Part shown: one piece after another, positions 1 through 8,675 of the stretch
Position numbering within the stretch: the first letter of the stretch is position 1
How the letters are laid out: every line of letters begins with the position of its first letter
Origin: Dehalococcoidia bacterium
Lineage (GTDB): Bacteria > Chloroflexota > Dehalococcoidia > Dehalococcoidales > RBG-16-60-22
Direction of reading: 5' to 3'
Length of the DNA stretch: 39,394 nucleotides
Assembly (NCBI GenBank): GCA_041489355.1
Contig: JBGPRB010000002.1
Location: forward strand, 1-39,394
Translations under genes and position numbers: made by a program
The notes under the pieces: model-generated
The model's input: only the letters and a program-made list of their open reading frames with translations
What the model was told of the DNA's origin: nothing
The model's database searches: none

Positions 1-1
1 C

Positions 2-1318
2 GGCATCGATGAAATCAGGGACCTGCGGGAGAAGGTCAACTACGCCCCCAACCAGGCGCGCCGCAAGGTCTATATCATCGATGAAGTCCACATGCTCACC
101 AAGGAAGCCTCGAACGCCCTCCTCAAGACGCTGGAGGAGCCGCCACAGCACGTTATCTTTATCCTGGCCACCACCGAGGCCCATAAGCTCCTGCCGACCA
201 TCCTGTCGCGGTGCCAGCGCTTCGATTTTCACCGCTATTCCCTGGCCAACATGGTAAGCGTGTTGTCCCGTGTCTGTGAAGGCGAAGGCATTCACATCGA
301 TGCGGAGGGATTAAAGCTCATCGCCAGGGCGGCTACGGGCAGCATGCGTGATGCCCTTAATTTATTACAGCAGGCTAATACCTACTACGGCAATGAGATT
401 AACCTCCAGCAGGTGCAGGCCCTCCTCGGGATTTCCGGTGACCAGCGTACCCGGGAACTGGTGAAACATATCATCAATCAGGACATCGCCGCCGGAATTG
501 CCACTATAAATAATGTCAATAATGACGGACTTGACCTGCGCCAGTTCCATCGCGAACTGGTGGAATATCTGCGGTTGCTACTCCTCGTCAAGACCGGCTC
601 CGGTGAGTTCATCGAGCTTACCGCCGAGGATATTAAGGAACTCAAAGACCTGGCCGGCAGGGCTTCTCTCCCCCAGATATTAAAGGCGGTCAAACAGTTC
701 GGACAGCTTGAACTTGGCCTCGATAACTATTCCACCCTGCCCCTGGAGCTAGCCCTGGTCGATTGCACCCTGCCCGATACGGCTGTCAGGGAAGAACCCA
801 TCCGCCAGGTTGAACCCGAACCGGTATCTCAGAAGCCGGCCCCCAGACCTGTCCAGTCTCCCCCCAGGCAAAAGACCACCCCGCCGGAAGAGAAAAAATC
901 CCCGATAACAGAACCACCGGTAACCGGGAAAGTGGATACAAAGAAACCTGCGCCTGCGACCGCCGCCAGCGCCGCTGCCGGTCCTTTATCTGCGGGCGGT
1001 GCCATCGAACAGCTTCAGTCGCAGTGGAGCAAAATCATCAAGGAGGCGCCGGACGGCATGAGCAAGACCCCGGCCGCCGCTCTGCTCCGCAGCGCCAGGC
1101 CGCTCTCTATTGAAGATGATACGATAGTGGTTTCTTTTAAATATTCCTATCACAAAGAGAAAATGGATAACCTTGATAATCAAAAGACCGCTGATAAAAT
1201 CGTGAGCAGTTTCCTGGGGCGCCCCTGCAAGGTGCGCTGCATCTATGAACACGAGAACAATCACCTGGTGAAAGCGGCGCTGAAAATGGGTGCCCAGTTA
1301 GATACGGAGGAAGCATGA
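2..1318 (+). CDS. dnaX: DNA polymerase III subunit gamma/tau, 5' end outside window
   Basis: The frame is open from base 2 (GIDEIRDLREK...). Clamp-loader AAA+ motifs are present: YIIDEVHML, SNALLKTLEEPP and ILSRCQRF. A Pro-rich linker precedes the C-terminal domain. The stop overlaps the next start (ATGA). Confidence 0.93.
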   Translation, partial: GIDEIRDLREKVNYAPNQARRKVYIIDEVHMLTKEASNALLKTLEEPPQHVIFILATTEAHKLLPTILSRCQRFDFHRYSLANMVSVLSRVCEGEGIHIDAEGLKLIARAATGSMRDALNLLQQANTYYGNEINLQQVQALLGISGDQRTRELVKHIINQDIAAGIATINNVNNDGLDLRQFHRELVEYLRLLLLVKTGSGEFIELTAEDIKELKDLAGRASLPQILKAVKQFGQLELGLDNYSTLPLELALVDCTLPDTAVREEPIRQVEPEPVSQKPAPRPVQSPPRQKTTPPEEKKSPITEPPVTGKVDTKKPAPATAASAAAGPLSAGGAIEQLQSQWSKIIKEAPDGMSKTPAAALLRSARPLSIEDDTIVVSFKYSYHKEKMDNLDNQKTADKIVSSFLGRPCKVRCIYEHENNHLVKAALKMGAQLDTEEA

Positions 1319-1620
1319 ACAAATTTATGATGCAGCAGGCCCAGAAACTCCAGGCGCAGCTTCTTAAGGCGCAGGAGGAACTGGCTAATCTCACCGTGGA
1401 AGCCAGTTCCGGCGGTGGGGCTGTTACGGTTGTTATGAACGGCCAGCAGCAGATACAGTCGGTAAAAATATCGCCGGAGGTAGTCAATCCGGCAGACATC
1501 GAGATGCTCGAGGACATGGTGCTGACCGCCGTCAGAGAAGCCAGCGTTAAGGCGCAGGAAGCCGCCGCCAAGAAGATGGGCGGACTTACCGGCGGACTTA
1601 AAATCCCGGGCCTGACGTAG
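1315..1620 (+). CDS. ybaB: YbaB/EbfC nucleoid-associated protein
   Basis: 101 aa. It sits in the conserved dnaX-ybaB-recR position. The sequence has the typical QAQKLQ...EL...GGGAVTVVMNG...I..E....D.E.LEDM pattern. Confidence 0.9.
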   Translation: MNKFMMQQAQKLQAQLLKAQEELANLTVEASSGGGAVTVVMNGQQQIQSVKISPEVVNPADIEMLEDMVLTAVREASVKAQEAAAKKMGGLTGGLKIPGLT

Positions 1621-1658
1621 TCGAGATAAGGAGAATGGTATTTTATCATCAAGAGTTA

Positions 1659-1717
1659 CCTCTCCCCTTGCGGGAGAGGATTAAGCCTGCACTGAACGCA
1701 GTGAATGTGGTGAGGGG
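1659..1717 (+). repeat. Family A intergenic hairpin repeat (CCTCTCCC..GGGAGAGG stem, TAAGCCTGC spacer, GGTGAGGGG tail)
   Basis: Near-duplicate of 4621-4680 (about 85 % identical by eye). Located in the ybaB/recR intergenic region. Confidence 0.8.
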
Positions 1718-1740
1718 CGAATTAAAGTAGGCTTGGATAT

Positions 1741-1776
1741 CACCCTCACCCAGCCCTCTCCCATCAAGGGAGAGGG
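1741..1776 (-). repeat. Family A repeat, inverted orientation (CACCCTCACC ... CCCTCTCCC atcaa GGGAGAGGG)
   Basis: Reverse complement of the GGTGAGGGTG tail plus a 9-bp stem hairpin. It is oriented tail-to-tail with the copy at 1659-1717. Confidence 0.75.
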
Positions 1777-1826
1777 ATTTGGTTATCTTAATGTGATTAC
1801 TTTTAAGTAAATTTCTAGGAGAACCA

Positions 1827-2441
1827 GTGTCAAAACAGGACCCCATCCCCGCCAGTGACGCCATCGGCAGGCTCGTGCAGGAGTTCAGCAGGCTGCCGGG
1901 CATCGGCCCCAAGAGCGCCCAGCGTATCACCTTCCACCTCCTGCGTTCGCCGGAAGAGCGCGCCCGGGCCCTCGCCGAGGCTCTGCTGGCATTGAAACAG
2001 AAAGTCACCCTCTGCTCGGCATGCTGCAATGTCACCGAGTCCGACCCCTGTCCCATCTGCCGCAATCCCCAGCGCGATATCAGCATGGTCTGCATCGTCG
2101 AGCAGCCGCAGGACATCCTGGCGCTGGAGCATACCGGCGTTTACCATGGACTCTACCATGTTCTCCACGGCGCTATCTCCCCCACCGAGGGCATCGGCGC
2201 CGACGACATCAGAAGCAGGGAGCTTCTTGCCCGACTCCAGAACAACACGGTCAAAGAGGTCATCCTGGCCACCAATACCAACATTGAAGGCGAGCAGACA
2301 GCCATGTACCTCAGCCGTATCATTACCCCTCTTGGCGTTAAGGTCACCCGCCTCGCTCGCGGCCTTCCCTTCGGCACCGAGCTTGAGTACGCCGACGACG
2401 TTACACTTACCCGTGCTTTAGAGGGCAGACAGGAGTTTTAG
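1827..2441 (+). CDS. recR: Recombination protein RecR
   Basis: GTG start. HhH motif ([12 protein letters not shown]), Cys4 zinc finger ([16 protein letters not shown]) and a Toprim region. Confidence 0.94.
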   Translation: MSKQDPIPASDAIGRLVQEFSRLPGIGPKSAQRITFHLLRSPEERARALAEALLALKQKVTLCSACCNVTESDPCPICRNPQRDISMVCIVEQPQDILALEHTGVYHGLYHVLHGAISPTEGIGADDIRSRELLARLQNNTVKEVILATNTNIEGEQTAMYLSRIITPLGVKVTRLARGLPFGTELEYADDVTLTRALEGRQEF

Positions 2442-2464
2442 GTTATGTTTTAAACGGAGACACA

Positions 2465-3001
2465 ATGAAAATTTTACCAGTCATATTAGCATCAGTTATG
2501 TTGATAACAGGGGTCCTGACGGGATGCAGCGACGGACTGCAAACAATCAACAAGTATGGTATGTCATTTCAGGTATCCAGTCGACTCAAACTGGAAGAGT
2601 ACACCGTTAGTGCTCAAGACCAAAAATTTCAAAAAGGACCGGCGAGCGTTGAACAAGGGGCTTTAGTCAGTACTAACCAGAATTTTTTCTTGATGTGGCT
2701 CAACGGAGCCGCACCAAATCCTCAAGAGATAAAATTTTACATTTCCACTACCCCCACCTTTTTCTCGTCAACAAGCAGCAATTTTAAAGCGAGAATATCA
2801 GGAAGTCAAACTACCGAGAAATCAGGCAATTTTGAAATAACGTTCGCAGATATTCAACTTACTTCGTCAGGTGGGGAGGCGACCGGGATTACAGCAGTCT
2901 GGTACTGCCAAACCTCTAAAAGAACAATGCGCCTTATTCTAATCGACAAACAGGCGGAAACAGAAATGAGAAGTCTCGTACAAAGCTTTTCTTGCGGATA
3001 A
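2465..3001 (+). CDS. Hypothetical lipoprotein
   Basis: Signal peptide with lipobox LTGC. About 41 % G+C in the first 100 nt versus about 60 % or more in recR. No recognisable domain. Confidence 0.6.
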   Translation: MKILPVILASVMLITGVLTGCSDGLQTINKYGMSFQVSSRLKLEEYTVSAQDQKFQKGPASVEQGALVSTNQNFFLMWLNGAAPNPQEIKFYISTTPTFFSSTSSNFKARISGSQTTEKSGNFEITFADIQLTSSGGEATGITAVWYCQTSKRTMRLILIDKQAETEMRSLVQSFSCG

Positions 3002-3078
3002 ACGACAAGCAGTTTTGCCACGCCCTGACCGCGTAACTATCAGTAAACTAATACCAATCCAGTTTTAGGAGAGTATAT

Positions 3079-3366
3079 ATGCAGGATTTGACGCAGGAAC
3101 AAAAGGATAAAATTATTAAAGCCCTTGCCGACCGCGGGGTGACTCTCCCGTGCCCGCGATGCGGGAACTTTGACTTTACCCTGCTGGATGGATACCTTAA
3201 TCACATCATTCAGACAGAACCGACGGGTATAGTTCTCGGCGGGCGAACGATTCCTTCTATTATGGTTGCCTGTAATCGCTGCGGCTTCCTCAGCCAGCAC
3301 GCCCTGGGCATATTGGGACTATTGCCCAAAGATGAAAGTAAAACGATAGAGGAGGCCAAAAAATGA
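3079..3366 (+). CDS. Hypothetical zinc-ribbon protein (CPRC ... CNRC)
   Basis: 95 aa with two CxxC pairs 39 residues apart. AGGAG lies 7 nt upstream of the ATG. The stop overlaps the next start (ATGA). Confidence 0.55.
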   Translation: MQDLTQEQKDKIIKALADRGVTLPCPRCGNFDFTLLDGYLNHIIQTEPTGIVLGGRTIPSIMVACNRCGFLSQHALGILGLLPKDESKTIEEAKK

Positions 3367-3779
3367 ACACGGAAAAAACGCCTCCTCAGGGAGCACGCAT
3401 CAATATAGGTACGACCAAAGACCTCGAAACCGTCTCGGAGCTGTATCTGACGAGCCTGCCTCAAGACGTTATCAGCACGACCGAAGATAAATTGCGACTG
3501 ACTCTTGGAGAATATCTGAAAAAGACAGAGAAGAAAAAGGGCTGGATTACACCTCTGGGACTTATGATATCGTTCACCCTGACGCTGATGACATCCGCCT
3601 TTAAAGACCTGGGGCTTTCTGCGGCTACCTGGAAAGCCATTTTCATTATCGCCGTTATAGCCGCCTTTGTCTGGCTGGTATACTCAGTCATAGGAGCCTT
3701 TCAGTCGGTAAAAATAGACAATGTTATCAGTGAACTGAGAAAACACTCTGATTCGATGATAAAGTTCGTGAAAAGATAG
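3363..3779 (+). CDS. Hypothetical membrane protein (two predicted TM helices)
   Basis: 138 aa. Hydrophobic stretches are WITPLGLMISFTLTLMTSAF and AIFIIAVIAAFVWLVYSVIGAF. Translationally coupled to 3079-3366. Confidence 0.5.
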   Translation: MNTEKTPPQGARINIGTTKDLETVSELYLTSLPQDVISTTEDKLRLTLGEYLKKTEKKKGWITPLGLMISFTLTLMTSAFKDLGLSAATWKAIFIIAVIAAFVWLVYSVIGAFQSVKIDNVISELRKHSDSMIKFVKR

Positions 3780-3784
3780 CTGCC

Positions 3785-4558
3785 ATGTCAGACCCGCGTG
3801 AATATAAAACCGAAGCCATCGTCATCAAGAAGACCAAGCTGGGGGAGGCGGATACTATCCTTACCTTCTTTACCCCCCAACTCGGCAAAATCCAGGGTTT
3901 CGCCAGGAGCCTGCGCAAGCCCAAAAGTAAAATGGCTGGCCATCTTGAGTTACTCACCCACAGCATGGTCTCCTTCGCTCGCGGCCGGAATCTGGACACC
4001 ATCACCGGCGCCCAGACTATCAATGCTTTCCTCCCCCTTAGAAGCGACCTCTGGCTAACGTCATGCGGACTCTACGTCGCCGAGCTTGTCAACCAGTTCA
4101 CCGCCGAGCGTCAGGAGAATTTCGGACTCTTTCAACTTATGCTGGATACTCTGGAACAGCTTTGCCATGACGATAACAAAGAGCTTCTCCTGCGCTACTT
4201 CGAGCTTCATCTCCTCGAAAGCGCCGGCTACCGCCCTCAGTTACGGGAATGCGTTGCCTGCCACCGCGTGCTGGAACCCGCCACCAATTATTTCAGCTCC
4301 TCCGCCGGCGGCATGCTCTGCCCCGATTGCAGCCTTGACCAGCCCTTCGCCTGCTCCCTCTCCGTCAATGCCCAGAAAGTCCTCCGTCTCCTCCAGGATA
4401 ATGACTTCGCCAGCGCCAGCCGCGTAAAAATAGACGGGGAGCTTGCCCGCGAGCTGGAGAGCGTCATCAGCGGCTACCTCACGCACCTGCTGGAAAGAGA
4501 GGTTAAGTCCGCCGCCTGGCTGGATACCCTGCGGGAGCAAAGGCTGCAGCTTCATTGA
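3785..4558 (+). CDS. recO: DNA repair protein RecO
   Basis: N-terminal OB fold (EAIVIKKTKLGEADTILTFFT..GK). C-terminal CxxC...CxxC zinc motif (CVACHR ... CPDC). Confidence 0.9.
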   Translation: MSDPREYKTEAIVIKKTKLGEADTILTFFTPQLGKIQGFARSLRKPKSKMAGHLELLTHSMVSFARGRNLDTITGAQTINAFLPLRSDLWLTSCGLYVAELVNQFTAERQENFGLFQLMLDTLEQLCHDDNKELLLRYFELHLLESAGYRPQLRECVACHRVLEPATNYFSSSAGGMLCPDCSLDQPFACSLSVNAQKVLRLLQDNDFASASRVKIDGELARELESVISGYLTHLLEREVKSAAWLDTLREQRLQLH

Positions 4559-4562
4559 AGTT

Positions 4563-4610
4563 GTCATTGCTTCGTCATCCTTCAGCCGAAGGACGAAGAG
4601 TCCGTCACCC
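4563..4610 (+). repeat. Family B intergenic hairpin repeat (GTCATTGC ... TCCTTC/GAAGGA core)
   Basis: Shares GTCATTGC and TCCTTCnGCnGAAGGACGAAG with 15936-15974. Confidence 0.7.
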
Positions 4611-4620
4611 CATACCGTCT

Positions 4621-4680
4621 CCTCTCCCCTTGAGGGAGAGGACTAAGCCTGCCCTGAGCAAAGCGAACGGGGTGAGGGGG
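4621..4680 (+). repeat. Family A intergenic hairpin repeat
   Basis: CCTCTCCCCTTGAGGGAGAGGACTAAGCCTGCCCTGAGCAAAGCGAACGGGGTGAGGGGG. Paralog of 1659-1717. Confidence 0.8.
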
Positions 4681-4758
4681 AAATTTCGCTTCTCTCTTTT
4701 TTAAAGAGATTGAGATAGATTCTCTCAATCCCTACAATGACAACCCGTCATCTACCCC

Positions 4759-4787
4759 TTTACCATAAAGCACGGATAACATATAAT
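4759..4787 (+). promoter_or_regulatory. Putative sigma70-type promoter of lysS (TTTACC-17-TATAAT)
   Basis: The -35 is at 4759-4764 and the -10 at 4782-4787. It lies 60 nt upstream of the lysS ATG. Confidence 0.4.
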
Positions 4788-4800
4788 AGGGTTATCTTGG

Positions 4801-4827
4801 ACTGAGAAAATTATTCTCAGTCTTTTA
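4801..4827 (+). terminator. Terminator-like hairpin in the lysS leader (ACTGAGAA aatta TTCTCAGT + CTTTTA)
   Basis: An 8-bp A/T-rich stem followed by a short T tract, 20 nt before the lysS start. Confidence 0.3.
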
Positions 4828-4846
4828 TCATCGTACAGGTAAAAAA

Positions 4847-6358
4847 ATGTCATCAAGACTGGATAACATCAACGAGCAGAGAAAACAGAAGCTGGAACGT
4901 CTCCGCGCCCGCGGCATTGACCCCTATCCGAACAATTATGAGCGTAGCCACACCGCGCAGGAAGCGGTAAACCTTCTCAAGGATTATGAAGCAAAGAGCG
5001 CCGAAACACCACAAGTTTCTGTCAGGAATCTCTTGGACGATAATCCTCTAACCAGTATCGCCGGACGTGTTACCGCTAAACGCAGTATGGGAAAAATCGT
5101 GTTTATAGACCTGCGTGACGGATCCGGCAAAATTCAGCTACTCTTCGGCGACCGGTTAAACCCATCCCTAGTCGAGTTGCTCAAAGACATTGACGTTGGC
5201 GACTTCATCGGGGCAAGTGGCCGACTTTTCCGTACCAAAACAAAGGAACCCACCGTTGCCGTTCAAGAGTTTGCTTTATTATCCAAGTCGCTCCAGCCCC
5301 TGCCGGAGAAATGGCACGGACTTAGCGATACCGAAATACGTTACCGCCAGCGCTATATCGACCTCATCGCCAGCAGCGAGGTAAAAGATATTTTCAAGGT
5401 GCGCAGCCGGATTATTACGGCGGTACGTCAGTTCCTCGACCAGCGTGGCTTTATTGAGGTGGAAACGCCCTTTCTGCATTCATCCGCCGGCGGCGCTCTG
5501 GCCGCGCCCTTTATCACCCACCACAATACCCTTGACCAGGACTTTTACCTGCGTATCGCCCTGGAGCTTCACCTCAAACGGCTCATCGTCGGCGGGTTCG
5601 ATAAGGTCTATGAAATCGGACGTATCTTTCGTAACGAGGGCATCTCCACCACGCACAACCCGGAGTTCACCATGCTGGAAAGCTATGAAGCCTATGCCGA
5701 CTATACTGACGTCATGGAGATGGTTGAGCAAATGGTCTACCAGGTCAGCCAGCAGGTACTGGGCACCACCGAGATAAAGTACGGCAACGATATCGTCAAC
5801 CTTGCGCCGCCCTGGCAGCGCATCACCCTGCGCGACGCCATCAAGCAGCACAGCGGCATCGACTTCGTTAAATACCCCACCGCCGATGGACTGAGGGAGA
5901 AGATGCGCTCGATGAATATCGAGGTCGACCCCCTTAAGAACTGGGCCAAGCTGGTCGACGAGCTTCTCAAGACCTTCGTTCGGCCTAAATTAATAAAACC
6001 CACCATCGTCTATGATTACCCCGTTTCCATGTCGCCCCTGGCCAAGACCAAGCCCGGCGAAGAAAGGGTAGTGGAGCGTTTTCAAGCCTATGCCGGCGGC
6101 CTCGAGCTTGGCAACGCCTACTCTGAGCTTAACGACCCTATCCTGCAGAGGGAACGCTTCGAGGAGCAGTTGCAGGAGCGCCAGGCGGAAGACTTGGAAA
6201 AATGGACGATAGACGAGGACTACCTGACGGCGCTGGAGTATGGCATGCCCCCCACTGGCGGCCTCGGCGTCGGCATCGACCGGCTCGTCATGCTACTCAC
6301 CAACCAGCAATCGATAAGAGAAGTTATCCTGTTCCCGCAACTTAGAGAGAAAGAATAA
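4847..6358 (+). CDS. lysS: Lysine--tRNA ligase, class II
   Basis: Class II motifs FRNEGIS..HNPEFTMLE and GGLGVGIDRLVMLL. N-terminal OB anticodon-binding domain. Confidence 0.95.
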   Translation: MSSRLDNINEQRKQKLERLRARGIDPYPNNYERSHTAQEAVNLLKDYEAKSAETPQVSVRNLLDDNPLTSIAGRVTAKRSMGKIVFIDLRDGSGKIQLLFGDRLNPSLVELLKDIDVGDFIGASGRLFRTKTKEPTVAVQEFALLSKSLQPLPEKWHGLSDTEIRYRQRYIDLIASSEVKDIFKVRSRIITAVRQFLDQRGFIEVETPFLHSSAGGALAAPFITHHNTLDQDFYLRIALELHLKRLIVGGFDKVYEIGRIFRNEGISTTHNPEFTMLESYEAYADYTDVMEMVEQMVYQVSQQVLGTTEIKYGNDIVNLAPPWQRITLRDAIKQHSGIDFVKYPTADGLREKMRSMNIEVDPLKNWAKLVDELLKTFVRPKLIKPTIVYDYPVSMSPLAKTKPGEERVVERFQAYAGGLELGNAYSELNDPILQRERFEEQLQERQAEDLEKWTIDEDYLTALEYGMPPTGGLGVGIDRLVMLLTNQQSIREVILFPQLREKE

Positions 6359-6367
6359 GGGGCGTTT

Positions 6368-6437
6368 AAGAGGGGCAAAGCTCCTCTTCTATAATTTCTC
6401 CCCCTCTCCTTGATAGGAGAGGGGGTCAGGGGGTGAG
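6368..6437 (+). repeat. Composite repeat: family C hairpin (AAGAGGGG caaag CTCCTCTT) + family A hairpin (TCTCCCCCTCTCC ttgat AGGAGAGGGGG) + GGGGGTGAG tail
   Basis: This is the most compact intact copy. It is used below as the reference for the split copy at 9755-10019. Confidence 0.8.
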
Positions 6438-6447
6438 ATAGATATAT

Positions 6448-6783
6448 ATGGTTCAAAAAACTGCTTTAGCCGCGCCCTGTGGTATCTATTGCGGCGAATG
6501 TGAGTCCCTCGGTAGCAAGTGCCAGAGCTGCGGGCAGATACAGGGCAAACCGTTCTGGACAAAGCTATACAGCGTTGAAGTCTGCCCGCTCTATGATTGC
6601 TGCGTTAACAAAAAACACCTGGAGCACTGCGGTCTCTGCCCCGAATTACCCTGCCAGACGTTTACCTCCCTCCGCGACCCCGCCCTGAGCGACGAAGAAT
6701 CGGCAAAGGCTTTACAGAAAAGGCAAAAAGACCTAAAGTTAAGAAAAAAGATAGGCACCGAAGCTTGGCTTAAAAAGAAATAA
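6448..6783 (+). CDS. DUF3795-like Cys-rich protein
   Basis: CGIYCGECES..CQSC......C.LYDCC.......CGLCPELPC pattern, recognised from memory as DUF3795. Confidence 0.7.
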   Translation: MVQKTALAAPCGIYCGECESLGSKCQSCGQIQGKPFWTKLYSVEVCPLYDCCVNKKHLEHCGLCPELPCQTFTSLRDPALSDEESAKALQKRQKDLKLRKKIGTEAWLKKK

Positions 6784-6838
6784 GGGAATATTTAGGAAGA
6801 TGGAATACACTTTGTAATAGTGATAAGGTAGATTAATT

Positions 6839-8077
6839 ATGCTCGACCTTAGATTTATTAGAGAAAACCCGGACGTTGTACGGCAGGCGATAGCCAACCG
6901 CCATGATAGCGCGTCGATTGATGACATCCTGCGTCTTGACATTGAACGCCGTCAGAACATCGGCAAACTGGACAGCCTGCGGCAGGAAAGAAAGATTGTA
7001 TCTAAAGAAAGAGAAAAAGCCCAGGAAAGAGGGCGCGCTCTCCGCATTGAAATACAGAATTTAGAAGAAGAGGCTAAAAAGCTGGACAAGCAACTTGAAG
7101 AGCTACTCCTCCAGGTGCCCAATATCCCCCAGCCCGATGTCCCCATCGGCCATGACGATAGTGAAAACGTCGAGGTGCGCACCTGGGGTGAACCTAAGAA
7201 GTTCGACTTCCCACCCACCCCCCACTGGAAACTCGGTGAAGACCTGGGCATCATTGACTTTGAGCGCGGCGTCAAGATTTCCGGCACCCGTTTCTATGTG
7301 CTCAAAGGACTCGGCGCTCGCTTGCAGAGAGCCCTCATCACCTTCATGCTCGACCTTCATACTCGTGAGCACGGCTACCAGGAAGCCTATCTGCCCTATA
7401 TGGTCAAGCGGGAGTGTATGGTTGGCTCCGCTCAACTTCCCAGGCTGGCGGAAAACATCTATCATGACGCTGAGGACGACCTCTGGTTCGTGGGTACCGC
7501 CGAGATACCCCTGACCAATCTTTACCGTGACGAAATCATCCCGCCGGGGACGCTGCCCATTTATCATGTCGCCTATACCGCCTGCTTCCGCCGCGAAAAA
7601 ATGTCCGCCGGCAAGGACACCCGGGGCATTAAGCGCGGCCACCAGTTCGACAAGGTAGAGCTTTACAAGTTCGTCGAGCCGGAGACCTCTAACGAAGAGC
7701 TGGAAAAGCTGACCCGTGATGCCGAGGAGGTCTGCCAGAAACTGGGGCTGCCCTATCGCGTCCGCAAGCTCTGCACCGGCGACCTCGGTTTTGCCTCGAC
7801 CAAGTCCTACGATATCGATGTCTGGGCCCCCGGCTGCCAGGAATGGCTGGAGGTCAGCTCCTGCTCCAACTGCGGCGATTTCCAGGCGCGACGCACTAAT
7901 ATCCGCTATCGCCCCGCCGCCGATGCCCGGCCCCAGTTCGTCCACACCCTTAACGGCTCCGGACTGGCCCTGCCCAGGGTGATGATTGCCATCATGGAAA
8001 ACTACCAGAAGGCCGATGGCACTATCGTTATCCCTGATATTCTCCAACCTTATGTCAATGCTCCGGTAATCAAATAG
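6839..8077 (+). CDS. serS: Serine--tRNA ligase
   Basis: N-terminal coiled-coil arm. Class II motifs TACFRREKMSAGKDTRGIKRGHQFDKVE and GSGLALPRVMIAIMEN. Confidence 0.95.
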   Translation: MLDLRFIRENPDVVRQAIANRHDSASIDDILRLDIERRQNIGKLDSLRQERKIVSKEREKAQERGRALRIEIQNLEEEAKKLDKQLEELLLQVPNIPQPDVPIGHDDSENVEVRTWGEPKKFDFPPTPHWKLGEDLGIIDFERGVKISGTRFYVLKGLGARLQRALITFMLDLHTREHGYQEAYLPYMVKRECMVGSAQLPRLAENIYHDAEDDLWFVGTAEIPLTNLYRDEIIPPGTLPIYHVAYTACFRREKMSAGKDTRGIKRGHQFDKVELYKFVEPETSNEELEKLTRDAEEVCQKLGLPYRVRKLCTGDLGFASTKSYDIDVWAPGCQEWLEVSSCSNCGDFQARRTNIRYRPAADARPQFVHTLNGSGLALPRVMIAIMENYQKADGTIVIPDILQPYVNAPVIK

Positions 8078-8104
8078 GTGTAAACACACCCAAAAAGAGG
8101 GGGC

Positions 8105-8133
8105 TTGACATAGCCGTCTTTTTCATATATTAT
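8105..8133 (+). promoter_or_regulatory. Putative promoter TTGACA-17-TATTAT, followed by palindrome ACCTAGAaaaTCTAGGT (8134-8150)
   Basis: Consensus -35 at 8105-8110 and -10 at 8128-8133. A 7-bp inverted repeat sits immediately downstream at the expected start site. Confidence 0.5.
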
Positions 8134-8175
8134 ACCTAGAAAATCTAGGTGTACGGATAAAGGAGGTACCATCAA

Positions 8176-8577
8176 ATGCGCGCACTTGCAGTAATCGTCA
8201 TAATTTTAGGACTGGCCGCCCTTGTCTTCGGCATATTGTTTATCCCGCAGGCCAGTTCGGCAGAACAAGAAATTGCCGACTCCATAGCACCCCTGACACT
8301 CGACCAGGTTGATGCCAAATATGATGCGGTGGTGGCCAAATATGATGCTACTAAAGCGGCTGTAGAGCCGAATCTTCAGGCTGGCAAAGCCGTTGATGCG
8401 AACACCATGGATATGTATAACTACTTTTCCGCACAGAGGGCTTTGCTGGGACTGGCTAAATCTAACATAGGGACCGCCAAGTTTGTTAGGCTCAACGGTC
8501 TCATAGACATACTCGTTGGCCTGGGCCTTGTCCTGACTGGTTTAGTGTTACTCAGGAAAAGCCAGAGCGCCGCTTAA
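8176..8577 (+). CDS. Hypothetical membrane protein (N- and C-terminal TM helices)
   Basis: AGGAGG RBS. Hydrophobic termini flank an Ala/Asp/Lys-rich middle section. Confidence 0.55.
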   Translation: MRALAVIVIILGLAALVFGILFIPQASSAEQEIADSIAPLTLDQVDAKYDAVVAKYDATKAAVEPNLQAGKAVDANTMDMYNYFSAQRALLGLAKSNIGTAKFVRLNGLIDILVGLGLVLTGLVLLRKSQSAA

Positions 8578-8628
8578 ACAACCGGCTGATTACCTGCGCC
8601 AATTAAATATTGATTCTAACCGTTGACG

Positions 8629-8675
8629 CCTCATAGACGGGGTAATCGGAGTTCAACTCCAGCCCGTCTATGAGG
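8629..8675 (+). terminator. 13-bp-stem hairpin (CCTCATAGACGGG ... CCCGTCTATGAGG), possible terminator
   Basis: Perfect 13-bp stem. The 21-nt loop contains a GGAG/CTCC mini-stem. There is only a weak T tract. Confidence 0.3.

Noticed and set aside
886-900. A-run (GAGAAAAAATCC) in dnaX as a possible gamma/tau frameshift or slippage site
   Set aside because: It has only six A residues and no A-AAA-AAG heptamer in the right frame. I found no downstream stem-loop. It lies in the Pro-rich linker, where Lys codons are expected anyway.
7103-8089. 328-aa minus-strand ORF
   Set aside because: It is antisense to serS, which has unambiguous class II synthetase motifs. This is a typical long shadow ORF in G+C-rich coding DNA.
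8629-8675. The hairpin loop (GGAGTTCAACTCC) resembles a tRNA T arm; a tRNA fragment or att site was considered
   Set aside because: The loop is 5 nt rather than 7. There are no D or anticodon arms, and the 13-bp outer stem is incompatible with a cloverleaf. I kept it only as a possible terminator hairpin.
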